A stretch of 64,000 bases of DNA from Myxococcota bacterium (lineage in GTDB: Bacteria > Myxococcota_A > UBA796 > UBA2385), in contig JBIJDH010000001.1 in NCBI GenBank assembly GCA_044344255.1, forward strand, positions 224,001 through 288,000, read 5' to 3'. A model generated the notes under the pieces. The model had not been told where the DNA came from, made no database searches, and saw nothing but the letters and a program-made list of their open reading frames with translations. The position numbers were made by a program, and so were the translations under genes. Shown here in pieces: positions 38,541 to 46,946 of the stretch. Position 1 is the first letter of the stretch, and each line of letters opens with the position of its first letter.

Positions 38541-39809
38541 CTACCACAATCCATAGGTTCGAAGGATCTCGCTGACGTGCTTCAGGTCCACCTCATAGGA
38601 CTGAAAAACATAGCGTGCGAGCGACTCGGCGGGTTTCTCCCACACCCATTTCCCGCGGTTGTCACGATCCGAGCGGCAGATAACAAAAGTGTCTCGCACC
38701 TCCCTGGCCGATTCGAATTCAAGGTAGTCCAGCACCAGCGGCTCCTGTGCGGCGAGGAACGCCTGTCGGTCACCGATCTCCTCGATGCAGGCATCAATCA
38801 GCGAATGATGGAGGCCATTTGTAAGCTCATCGGCAATGAGCGGGCCATCAATGGCGCATTGACTCAAATACATCCACACAAACATTCTCTTTTGACCGAA
38901 ACTAAGAGAATGAATAGTTTCAAATCTCTCACCACCATCTGTTGGAATGAACGAAATATCCACTCCATGAAACTGGCCTGCAGTGATCATCTTCATGCGA
39001 ATGGAGACTTCGTGAAAGTCCAGGCACTTTTCGAATGAGCGAGCCAATGAGTGCTCCCACCCCTGGGGTTGCGGCACGAGACGTCCAAAAATCATTTCGG
39101 TGGCCGGAGCGACATATTCAGCGTGCAGTTCCGCGCCATCTATCATATCTTGAATGGGCTCCACTTCTTCAATCTCATGCATCTCGCCATCAGCGACCCG
39201 GTAAGGCGTACCCAATACATACAGGTCTTCGTCCCCCATCGGAGCCGTAATTGCCTTAAACATCTCAAGGTGCTCGTCAAACCTGAACGCTTCGGAAAAA
39301 ACCACCAAAGGCAGACGATCGGAGACAATGCCTAACGCCTGAGCGACAAGTTGCACCACTGCGCTATTCAGCTCTCCCGAGAACAGGTCAATTGAACGAA
39401 TTTCTTGCTCGACAGCTTCCAGGTCCTGTGGTCCCTCGTCGCCAACACTCAGTTTGACCGACCTCCCCGTTTCTGAAGAGAAATTGCAGGTGATTGCGAT
39501 ATGCTGATACTTCCCATCACAGGTCCACAATGCCCCCGGCGGTCCTCCGCGGTTACGTCGTCCCGTCGAATTGGCACGAATCGTAATACGTTCACACGTT
39601 CGAAAGCTGATTTCGTACTCGATATCAAATTTCTCCTCTTCTATTGGATTGAAGTCCCCCCGCACGACCACCGAGATGAGGTCGAGAAGGTGCGTCTTCC
39701 CTGTCCCGTTTTTCCCGAGGATCACATTGATTCCATCCGCAAAGTCGAGCGCCGTCCCCGGCGCCACGTTCCGCCACTTGTGGATGACAAGCCGCTTCAG
39801 GCGGATCAT
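38541..39809 (-). CDS. Soluble ABC-type (AAA_15/AAA_21-like) ATPase
   Basis: Walker A GKNGTGKT, signature LSFGQKR, Walker B LIADE; no TM segments; visibly lower GC. Confidence 0.85.
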   Translation of the reverse strand: MIRLKRLVIHKWRNVAPGTALDFADGINVILGKNGTGKTHLLDLISVVVRGDFNPIEEEKFDIEYEISFRTCERITIRANSTGRRNRGGPPGALWTCDGKYQHIAITCNFSSETGRSVKLSVGDEGPQDLEAVEQEIRSIDLFSGELNSAVVQLVAQALGIVSDRLPLVVFSEAFRFDEHLEMFKAITAPMGDEDLYVLGTPYRVADGEMHEIEEVEPIQDMIDGAELHAEYVAPATEMIFGRLVPQPQGWEHSLARSFEKCLDFHEVSIRMKMITAGQFHGVDISFIPTDGGERFETIHSLSFGQKRMFVWMYLSQCAIDGPLIADELTNGLHHSLIDACIEEIGDRQAFLAAQEPLVLDYLEFESAREVRDTFVICRSDRDNRGKWVWEKPAESLARYVFQSYEVDLKHVSEILRTYGLW

Positions 39810-39812
39810 GGG

Positions 39813-40667
39813 TCACTCCTCCCCGAACTGCGCGCTCAGCCGATCGGCGGCCAGCGCCGTCGCCGCGCCCTGGCGGATCTTGGTGACGGCCTCGTGGTGG
39901 AGGCCGCCCTGCTCGAGGTGGCTCGTGATGGTGAAGGCCGTCTCGAGGTGCTCGGCGCGGTCCTGGCCCTCGCTCACGGCGGCGGCGTTGTAGTGGGCCG
40001 CCGCCATGCGGAGGATGGCGTGGGCGTTGGCCTCGGTGGTCTGGGCCACGATCTCGAGGCCGCGGATGGCGTCGTGCCAGGCGGCGAGCGCGGTGGCGCC
40101 ATCCCCGGCGTTCATGGCGAGCTGGCCCACGGCCTCGGCGCAGTCGGCGAGGACGGCGGCGGCCTCGGCGGGGTCTTTGCTCTCGTAGAGCCAGCGGCGG
40201 GCGGCGACGGCCCGCTCGCGGAGGAAGCCGACGTAGACCTCGGCGTGCGTCTCGGGATCGACAAACTGGGTGAGCGTGCCGAGCGCCTCGACGTGGAGGC
40301 GGAAGTGGGCGTCCACCGGCGCGAGGGTGACCACGCGGGCCAGCACCTCGAGGCGGTCCATCAAGAGCTCCCAGGCGCGCCCCGGCTCCTGCTCGTCCTC
40401 CATCGCCAGCGCGGCGCGGAGGTAGAGCGCGTCGCCGAGCTCGAGGTAGGCCGGCACGCCCGCGCCGAGCGTGACGGCGGCGCGGGCCTGCGAGAGGCGC
40501 TCCTCGCCGATCTCGACGGCGCGGGCGACGTCGCCCTGATCGCGGGCCGCGGCCACGCCCCGGGCGAGCTCCCGGCCCCGCGCGCCGATCCCCTCCGAGG
40601 AACCCTTCTCTTCCCCAGCCTCCTCGCCTACCGCCTTCCCGTCTACAGCCTTCTCATCTACAGGCAT
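39813..40667 (-). CDS. Hypothetical alpha-helical (TPR-like) protein
   Basis: Ala/Leu/Glu-rich helical pattern, host-like codons; stop lies 3 nt from ATPase start. Confidence 0.6.
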   Translation of the reverse strand: MPVDEKAVDGKAVGEEAGEEKGSSEGIGARGRELARGVAAARDQGDVARAVEIGEERLSQARAAVTLGAGVPAYLELGDALYLRAALAMEDEQEPGRAWELLMDRLEVLARVVTLAPVDAHFRLHVEALGTLTQFVDPETHAEVYVGFLRERAVAARRWLYESKDPAEAAAVLADCAEAVGQLAMNAGDGATALAAWHDAIRGLEIVAQTTEANAHAILRMAAAHYNAAAVSEGQDRAEHLETAFTITSHLEQGGLHHEAVTKIRQGAATALAADRLSAQFGEE

Positions 40668-40688
40668 GCCGCCCTCCGGAAGGCGGAC

Positions 40689-42347
40689 CTATCCCGATGA
40701 GGCCTCCCCCACCTCACCGACCCGCCGGAGGCCGAGCTTCTGCATCCGGCTCTGGAGGGTGGAGGGCTTGAGGCCGAGGCGCTCGGCGGCGCCGCCCTTG
40801 CCATAGATGCGCCCCTGCGTCTGCTCGAGGGTGCGGCGGATGTGCTCCCGCTCGGCGTCGGCGAGGCCCACCGGGGCGGGCTCCACCGCTGGTGCGGGTG
40901 GCGCGGCGGGCGGCGGGACGACCGGCGCCACCTCCGCGACGAGGCGGCGGGTGATGAGGCCGGGGCCGGCCTCGGCCGCCACGCTGTCGACGGTGAGCTC
41001 ACCCCTCGGCACGAGGATCGTGGCCCGCTCCAGTACGTTGACGAGCTGTCGCACGTTGCCCGGCCAGGGGAGGCCGGCGAGGAGGTGCAGGGCGTCGCGG
41101 TGCATCGACCAGGGCCCGCGCCCCGTGCGGCGACGGATGCGGGCCAGCACCGAGCGGGTGATGGGCTCGATGTCCTCGACCCGCTCCCGCAGCGGGGGGA
41201 TGCGCAAGGGGAAGACCGCGAGGCGGTAGTAGAGGTCCTCCCGGAAGCGGCCCGCGCGCACCGCCTCCTCGAGGCCGACGTGGGTGGCAGCGAGCAGGCG
41301 CACGTCCACCTTGACAGGTCGGTCGGCGCCCACGGGATCGAAGGTGCCGTCCTGCAACACCCGCAGCAGCTTCGCTTGGATGGAGAGGGGCAGCTCACCG
41401 AGCTCATCGAGGAGCAGGGTGCCGCCGTTGGCCACGAGGAAGCGGCCGGGGCGGCTCGCGGTCGCGCCGGAGAAGGCGCCCTTGACGTGGCCGAAGAGCT
41501 CGCTCTCGACGAGGCTCTCGGGGATGGCCGCACAGTTGACCTTGATGAAGGGCTGGCTCTTGCGGGTGCTCCAGGCGTGCAGGGCCTGGGCCAGCACCTC
41601 CTTGCCCGAGCCGGTCTCGCCGAGGATGAGCACGGGGGCGTCAGTGGGGGCCACCTGCAGCGCGAGCCGGGCCAGCGCCCGCATCGCCGGGGAGCGGCTG
41701 CCCTCGAGCTGCTCGCCGGCCTCGTCGGCGCCGCCGACCTCCGCCTCGAGCAGGCGGTTCTGCTCCTCGAGGCGCTCGCGGTACCGGTCAAGCAGCTCAG
41801 CCTGCTCGGCGTAGGCCATAGCGAGGGAGACGATCTGACCGTAGACCCCCGCCAATTCGACCACCGCCGCCGGGTAGGGAGCGCACTCCCGCCGGTCAAA
41901 GGTCATCGCCCCCAGCGCGCGCTCGCCCGCGAAGAGGGGCACGACCATGCAGGAGTGGCCATGCGGGAGGTCAAGCAGGCCATCGTAGGGGTCTCCCTCG
42001 GCGGAGGCGTGGTGGTGGTCAAGCAGCGCGATGGGGCGCCGCGTCTCCATCGACCGCCGCACGGTGGGGAAGCTCTTCAAGGGGATGTGGTGGGCGCGCA
42101 CCCGCTCATCGGCGAGCAGGCCCCGAGCGGCGCGGACGCGGAGCTCATCCCCCTGGAGCTCGAGCACCGCCGCCAGATCGTAGGGCACGAGCGACTGGAG
42201 GGCGGCGAGGGCCCGATCGAGCACCTCCCCCACAGCGGCGGGGCGCCCGGCGAGGGCGGCGAGCTCCCGCAGATCGCGGGTAGCGTCGATGGGCGGGGCG
42301 CGGCGCTCCAGGGCGGCCGCCGGGGGAGGAGGGAGGGGCGAGCTCAT
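40689..42347 (-). CDS. Sigma54-dependent enhancer-binding protein, GAF-AAA-HTH, NorR-like
   Basis: GAF DPYDGLL..HSCMVVPLF..GAMTFD; GETGSGKE, GAFSGA, LDELGE, FREDLYYRL, WPGNVRQL; C-terminal HTH. Confidence 0.92.
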   Translation of the reverse strand: MSSPLPPPPAAALERRAPPIDATRDLRELAALAGRPAAVGEVLDRALAALQSLVPYDLAAVLELQGDELRVRAARGLLADERVRAHHIPLKSFPTVRRSMETRRPIALLDHHHASAEGDPYDGLLDLPHGHSCMVVPLFAGERALGAMTFDRRECAPYPAAVVELAGVYGQIVSLAMAYAEQAELLDRYRERLEEQNRLLEAEVGGADEAGEQLEGSRSPAMRALARLALQVAPTDAPVLILGETGSGKEVLAQALHAWSTRKSQPFIKVNCAAIPESLVESELFGHVKGAFSGATASRPGRFLVANGGTLLLDELGELPLSIQAKLLRVLQDGTFDPVGADRPVKVDVRLLAATHVGLEEAVRAGRFREDLYYRLAVFPLRIPPLRERVEDIEPITRSVLARIRRRTGRGPWSMHRDALHLLAGLPWPGNVRQLVNVLERATILVPRGELTVDSVAAEAGPGLITRRLVAEVAPVVPPPAAPPAPAVEPAPVGLADAEREHIRRTLEQTQGRIYGKGGAAERLGLKPSTLQSRMQKLGLRRVGEVGEASSG

Positions 42348-42373
42348 GGGTGCGGCGCTCCGGCTGTGGCCCC

Positions 42374-42411
42374 CACCGATATCTCGGTGCACCGACACCG
42401 TCATTTCGGTG
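42374..42411. promoter_or_regulatory. Two phased 16-bp palindromes CACCG-N6-CGGTG (candidate enhancer sites)
   Basis: CACCGATATCTCGGTG at 42374 and CACCGTCATTTCGGTG at 42396, 22 bp apart; weaker related sites at 42420 and 42459. Confidence 0.7.
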
Positions 42412-42483
42412 ACATTCGACACCGAACTGGTGCCCACACCGACGCTGCACGGCGAAATGCCGATCTTCGGCGCCACGGTGGGC

Positions 42484-42499
42484 TGGCACGCGGCTTGCA
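42484..42499 (+). promoter_or_regulatory. Sigma54 -24/-12 promoter for ahpC-ahpD
   Basis: TGGCACG-CGGC-TTGCA, exact match to TGGCACG-N4-TTGCW. Confidence 0.9.
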
Positions 42500-42608
42500 G
42501 AAGGGGTCTGCACGGCGGCGCCCACCGACGCCGCCCCGGCCGGCTCCCGCGAGCCGCTCGCGCCCCAGACACACCGACGACCGAGCCCACGGCTCACCCG
42601 GAGAGACC

Positions 42609-43145
42609 ATGCTGACCATCGGCGACACCTTCCCCACCTTCTCCCTCACCGCAGTCACCAGCCGCGAGAAGGGCCAGGAGTTCACCACCCTCACCGAGGC
42701 GACCGCCGAGGGCGAGTGGAGCGTCTACTTCTCCTGGCCGATGGACTTCACCTTCATCTGCCCCACCGAGATCGCCGAGTTCAGCCGCCGCGCGCGTGAC
42801 TTCGCCGACCGCAGCACCCGCGTGGTGGGCTTCTCCACCGACACGCACTTCGTCCACCTCGCCTGGCGTAACCACCACAAGGACCTCGCCGACCTCGTCA
42901 TCCCGATGGTGGCCGACACCAAGCGTGAGCTCTCGACCGCCCTCGGCATCCTCCACAAGCAGGACGGTGTCGCCCTCCGCGCCACCTTCATCGTCGATCC
43001 CCAGGGGATCATCCGCTGGGTGAGCGTCAACGACCTCGGCGTCGGCCGCAGCGTGCCCGAGGTGCTGCGCGTGCTCGACGCGCTCCAGACCGACGAGCTC
43101 TGCCCCTGCAACTGGACCCCCGGCCAGGCCACCCTTGGAGCCTGA
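42609..43145 (+). CDS. ahpC: Peroxiredoxin AhpC (AhpD-coupled type)
   Basis: WPMDFTFICPTEI, RATFIVDP, GRSVPEVLRVLDALQ, LCPCNW. Confidence 0.95.
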   Translation: MLTIGDTFPTFSLTAVTSREKGQEFTTLTEATAEGEWSVYFSWPMDFTFICPTEIAEFSRRARDFADRSTRVVGFSTDTHFVHLAWRNHHKDLADLVIPMVADTKRELSTALGILHKQDGVALRATFIVDPQGIIRWVSVNDLGVGRSVPEVLRVLDALQTDELCPCNWTPGQATLGA

Positions 43146-43161
43146 GAAGGCGGAGGCTGAC

Positions 43162-43683
43162 ATGGAACAGATCGAAGCGCTGCGCAGCACGATCCCGGAC
43201 TTCGCCCGGGACCTCTCCCTCAACCTGCAGACCACGCTGTCCGGCGGCTCGCTCAGCCCCCGCCAGCGATGGGGGGTGGCGCTGGCCACCGCCATCACCG
43301 CCGGGAGCCCGGCGCTCCGATCGGCCGTCGAGGCCGACGCCGCCACCGCGACCGACGCCGCCACCCTCGACGACGCCCGCGCCGGCGCCGCCCTGATGGC
43401 GATGAACAACGTCTACTACCGCTTCCGCCACATCATCGGGAAGGAGACCTACAGCCAGATGCCGGCCCGCCTGCGCATGCAGCGCATCGCCAAGCCGGCC
43501 ACCGACAAGGCGACCTTCGAGCTCATCTGCCTCGCGGTCAGCACCATCAACGGCTGCGAGGCCTGCGTGCGCTCCCACGAGGCGGCGGTGCTCCACGCTG
43601 GGCTCACCGAGGAGAACGTCCACGACGCCATCCGCATCGCGGCGACGATGCGAGGGGTGGCGGTGGCGCTCGGGGCGACCTGA
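43162..43683 (+). CDS. ahpD: Alkylhydroperoxidase AhpD
   Basis: IPDFARDL.LNL, MAMNNVYYRF.H, AVSTINGCEACVRSHE; GGAGG RBS. Confidence 0.95.
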   Translation: MEQIEALRSTIPDFARDLSLNLQTTLSGGSLSPRQRWGVALATAITAGSPALRSAVEADAATATDAATLDDARAGAALMAMNNVYYRFRHIIGKETYSQMPARLRMQRIAKPATDKATFELICLAVSTINGCEACVRSHEAAVLHAGLTEENVHDAIRIAATMRGVAVALGAT

Positions 43684-43698
43684 CCGAGCCCGTAAGGC

Positions 43699-44439
43699 TC
43701 AGTCGAGCATGCGGTCGAGGTGCTGGAGCGCCTGCTTCTTCCACCACGGCCAGTCATGCCGCGAGTCCCTGCCCCAGATGTCGGTCGTGTTCGGGATGCC
43801 CTTCTGGTCAAGGAGGCGCCCGAGCGCGATCGTCTCCTCGATGCAGCCCTCCTCGTAGGCCCCCTGCCCGCAGACGAGGGTGAGGTGGGTGTTGGCCCGC
43901 ACCCGCTCCAGCACCTCGCCGCCCATGTTCCGGACATAGAGCAGCGGGTTGTTGAAGTAGAGGTCGTCGTTGCTCTCCCCGTTGGTGAGCGCGGTCGCGA
44001 GGTAGCGGCCGCTCATGCAGAGCGCGCGACGAAAGACCGTCGGGTACTTGAGCGCGAAGTTCGCCGCATAGGTTGCGCCGAGGCTGCAGCCCATGGTCAT
44101 GACCGGCGCCTCGGGCCAGCGGCAGTCCTCCCGAATGAAGGGGACCATCTGCTCGAGGATGAAGCGCTCGTAGGCCTTGTGGCGCTGCATCCGGAAGGCG
44201 AGCGGGGTCTCCTTGCGGGTCCAGGCCTCGGCCACGTTGCTCTCGGGGCAGTAGAGCTTGACGCGCCCGCGGGAGAGCAGCGGCTCCAGGGCCGCGATCA
44301 TCCCCTGGGCGTCCCACTCGTGGGCGAAGCCGGCCGCCGAGGGAAAGACAAGGACGGGCGGACCGAAGTGCCCGTAACACCAGAGGTGGACCTTCCGCCC
44401 CATCGCGGGGCTGTCGAGCAACAGGTATCGGCCAGCCAT
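43699..44439 (-). CDS. Alpha/beta-hydrolase esterase family protein
   Basis: YGHFG.PVLVFP, GCSLG nucleophile elbow, HDWPWW. Confidence 0.85.
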   Translation of the reverse strand: MAGRYLLLDSPAMGRKVHLWCYGHFGPPVLVFPSAAGFAHEWDAQGMIAALEPLLSRGRVKLYCPESNVAEAWTRKETPLAFRMQRHKAYERFILEQMVPFIREDCRWPEAPVMTMGCSLGATYAANFALKYPTVFRRALCMSGRYLATALTNGESNDDLYFNNPLLYVRNMGGEVLERVRANTHLTLVCGQGAYEEGCIEETIALGRLLDQKGIPNTTDIWGRDSRHDWPWWKKQALQHLDRMLD

Positions 44440-44474
44440 GAACACTCCAGCGTGGGCGGGGGCGTCTATCCCGG

Positions 44475-45518
44475 TCAGGGGATGTCCATCCGGACGATCG
44501 CCGGGGCGCCGCGCTCCCCCGCCCGCCACTCCCGGAGCGCGGAGCTGGCCACGTAGATCCGGCCCACGCCGTCGGTCTCGTCGACCAGCACGGCGGCCGG
44601 ATCGTCAAAGGGGGGGCCGCTGCCGAGCTCGGTGACAGAGTCATCCGCTCCGATCTCGACGAGGCGATCGGTCCAGCCCACCGCCGCGAAGACCCGCCCG
44701 TCGAGCGTGCGGGCGAGGCCGTCGAGCCCGGCGAGCGCGCAGTCCGGGCCCGCCACCACCTCCACAGGGCCGGCGCTGGCGTCGGACACGACCGGGAAGC
44801 GGAAGAGCGTGCCTGTGTCCGCGTTGGTGACGTAGACGTAGCCCGACGCGAAGAGGATCCCGCTCGCGCCGAACGCGCTGGAACGGTCGCTGCCACAGGC
44901 CGTGGGGTCACCCTGGAGCGTCGGGTCCTCCGACCAGAGGTCAAGGCTGGAGCCCCCGTCCCACCGCCAGATCCGGCCCGCGGAGTCCGTCAGGTACACG
45001 CGCAGCGCCGTGTCCATGGCGAGGTGCTGCGGATCGACGACGCCCTCGGCGGTGGCGACGAGGCTCGCCTCGCCCCCGCCCTCGGGGATGAGGTAGAGCC
45101 CGCTCGCAACATCGACCGAGGAGGAGGCGAGGGCGGCGTAGAGCTGGCCTTCGTAGTCCGCCAGGAGCCCGTTGAGCTGCCCTTGACCGGCCGTGAAGGG
45201 CACGCGGGCGTAGCTGCTCACGCGGCCCCGACTGTCGACCTTCGCCACCTCGCCCGTGGGGGCGAAGCTCACGTAGAGCTTCTCGCCGAAGCGGGTGAGA
45301 CCACGGGGATACTGCTCCTTGCTCGTGTCAAAGCCCGTGAACTCCCCAGGGAGGGCCGGAGCCGGGCCCCCGGTGTCGGAGGGGCTGGCAGAGTCCCCGC
45401 CGCTCTCCTCTTCGGCGGGCTTCGCCTCGGTCGCCTGCGGGCTGCAGGCTCCCGCGAAGGAGAGCCCCCCGACGAGGAGGATCACCGTGCTTCTCCGGTC
45501 GAGACCCCGCTGCCGCAT
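44475..45518 (-). CDS. SMP-30/gluconolactonase-like beta-propeller lipoprotein
   Basis: Lipobox AGAC; repeated NGL/DGL..G..Y blades, YLTDS. Confidence 0.75.
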   Translation of the reverse strand: MRQRGLDRRSTVILLVGGLSFAGACSPQATEAKPAEEESGGDSASPSDTGGPAPALPGEFTGFDTSKEQYPRGLTRFGEKLYVSFAPTGEVAKVDSRGRVSSYARVPFTAGQGQLNGLLADYEGQLYAALASSSVDVASGLYLIPEGGGEASLVATAEGVVDPQHLAMDTALRVYLTDSAGRIWRWDGGSSLDLWSEDPTLQGDPTACGSDRSSAFGASGILFASGYVYVTNADTGTLFRFPVVSDASAGPVEVVAGPDCALAGLDGLARTLDGRVFAAVGWTDRLVEIGADDSVTELGSGPPFDDPAAVLVDETDGVGRIYVASSALREWRAGERGAPAIVRMDIP

Positions 45519-45548
45519 CGCGCCTCCGCCCCTGCGTTCGCCACACCC

Positions 45549-46946
45549 TCAGCCGACCCACAGCGGCGCCAGTAACACCCCCAAAGCGCCGATGAGCGCG
45601 CAGGCCACGAGGGTCTGCACCATCCCCACCTTGTACCGCAGCATCGCCACACCGGCGCCGAGCGTGAGGAGGCCCGCCGCCCAGCGGAAGGAGCCCCAGA
45701 CGGGCCAGAGCAGGGAGAGGGGGCCGAAGGTCCACGTCTCCTGGGCGCCAAACAAGACGTGGAGCGCGAACCAGAGGGCGAGGTGGAGCACCACCCCGAC
45801 GATCGCGGCGGTGATCGCCGAGAGGGCCGCGTGCAGGGTCCGGTTGCCGCGGAGAGACTCCATGAAGGGCCCGCCCGCCAGCACCCAGAGGAAGGAGGGC
45901 ACGAAGGTCACCGTCGTGGTGAGCAGCGCGCCGAGGCAGCCGGCGAGCAGCGGCGGCAGCCCGCCCGGGCGGCCGAAGGCGCCGAGGAAGCCAACGAACT
46001 GGACCACCAGGATCAGCGGCCCGGGCGTGGTCTCGGCGAGCCCGAGGCCGTCCAGCATCTGCCCCGGCTGCATCCACCCCTGCACCCGGACCGCCTGATC
46101 GGCCACATACGCGAGCACCGAGTAGGCCCCCCCGAAGGTCACGACCGCCGCCTTCGAGAAGAAGAGCCCCTCCGCGACATAGACGCTGTCCGGCCCGGCG
46201 AGGGCCCAGGCGAGGGCGGTGGGGGCGGCCCAGAGGCCGAGCCCGACGAGCCCCACCACCGCCAGCCTTGGCCCGTTCGGGCGGGTGTGCTCGAGGCGCC
46301 CCGCCCGCTCCATCCAGGCCACGACAGAGTCCTCCGCCGGCTGCGCCGGCACCGCCGCCGCTCCCCCTGGAGGAGCTCCGACACGCGCCCACAAGGCCCC
46401 AAAGACCCCCGCCACCAGCACCACGACAGGAAAGGGCACCGCCAAGAGCGCCAGGGCCACGAAGGCCGCCGCCGCCACGCCGACCTGGGCGGGGCCGCGC
46501 AGGGCCCGTCGCCCGAGGCGCTGGACGGCCTCGAGCACCACGATGAGCACCGCAGCCTTGAGCCCGAAGAAGGCGCCCTCGCCCACCGGCAGGCTCCCGA
46601 CCGTCACATAAAACAGCGAGAGGGCCAGCATCAGCAGGGCGCCCGGCAGGATGAAGAGCCCCCCGGACAGGAGGCCCCCCGGGATGCCATGGAGGAGCCA
46701 GCCGATGTAGGTGGCGAGCTGTTGGGCCTCGGGCCCGGGGAGCAGCATGCAGTAGTTGAGCGCGTGCAGGAATCGGGCCTCGTCGACCCACCGGCGGCGC
46801 TCGACCACCTCCCGATGGAGCAGCGCGATCTGCCCCGCGGGGCCCCCGAAGCTCAAGAGGCCGATGCGCAGCCAAAGTCGGGCAGCCTCAGCGAGCGAAG
46901 GCGCAGTGGGCGTGGGCAGCGCCGCCTCGGTGACAGCGCCGCTCAG
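45549..46946 (-). CDS. chrA: Chromate efflux transporter ChrA (start uncertain: CTG 46946 or TTG 46856)
   Basis: LRIGLLSFGGPAGQIA, LPGPEAQQLA, TFGGAYSVL, AETTPGPLI. Confidence 0.92.
   Translation of the reverse strand: MSGAVTEAALPTPTAPSLAEAARLWLRIGLLSFGGPAGQIALLHREVVERRRWVDEARFLHALNYCMLLPGPEAQQLATYIGWLLHGIPGGLLSGGLFILPGALLMLALSLFYVTVGSLPVGEGAFFGLKAAVLIVVLEAVQRLGRRALRGPAQVGVAAAAFVALALLAVPFPVVVLVAGVFGALWARVGAPPGGAAAVPAQPAEDSVVAWMERAGRLEHTRPNGPRLAVVGLVGLGLWAAPTALAWALAGPDSVYVAEGLFFSKAAVVTFGGAYSVLAYVADQAVRVQGWMQPGQMLDGLGLAETTPGPLILVVQFVGFLGAFGRPGGLPPLLAGCLGALLTTTVTFVPSFLWVLAGGPFMESLRGNRTLHAALSAITAAIVGVVLHLALWFALHVLFGAQETWTFGPLSLLWPVWGSFRWAAGLLTLGAGVAMLRYKVGMVQTLVACALIGALGVLLAPLWVG

Noticed and set aside
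37720..39830. Mobile element boundaries around the low-GC ATPase/TOPRIM block
   Set aside because: No integrase, transposase, tRNA, terminal inverted repeats or target duplication seen by eye
42400..42413. GTCA-N6-TGAC as a canonical NorR box
   Set aside because: Spacing differs from GT-N7-AC (GTCA-N3-TGAC); it overlaps the better-supported CACCG-N6-CGGTG palindrome
40842..42608. Apparent 767-aa fusion ending in AhpC
   Set aside because: Upstream part is antisense to the EBP gene; the real ATG at 42609 follows an RBS and the sigma54 promoter
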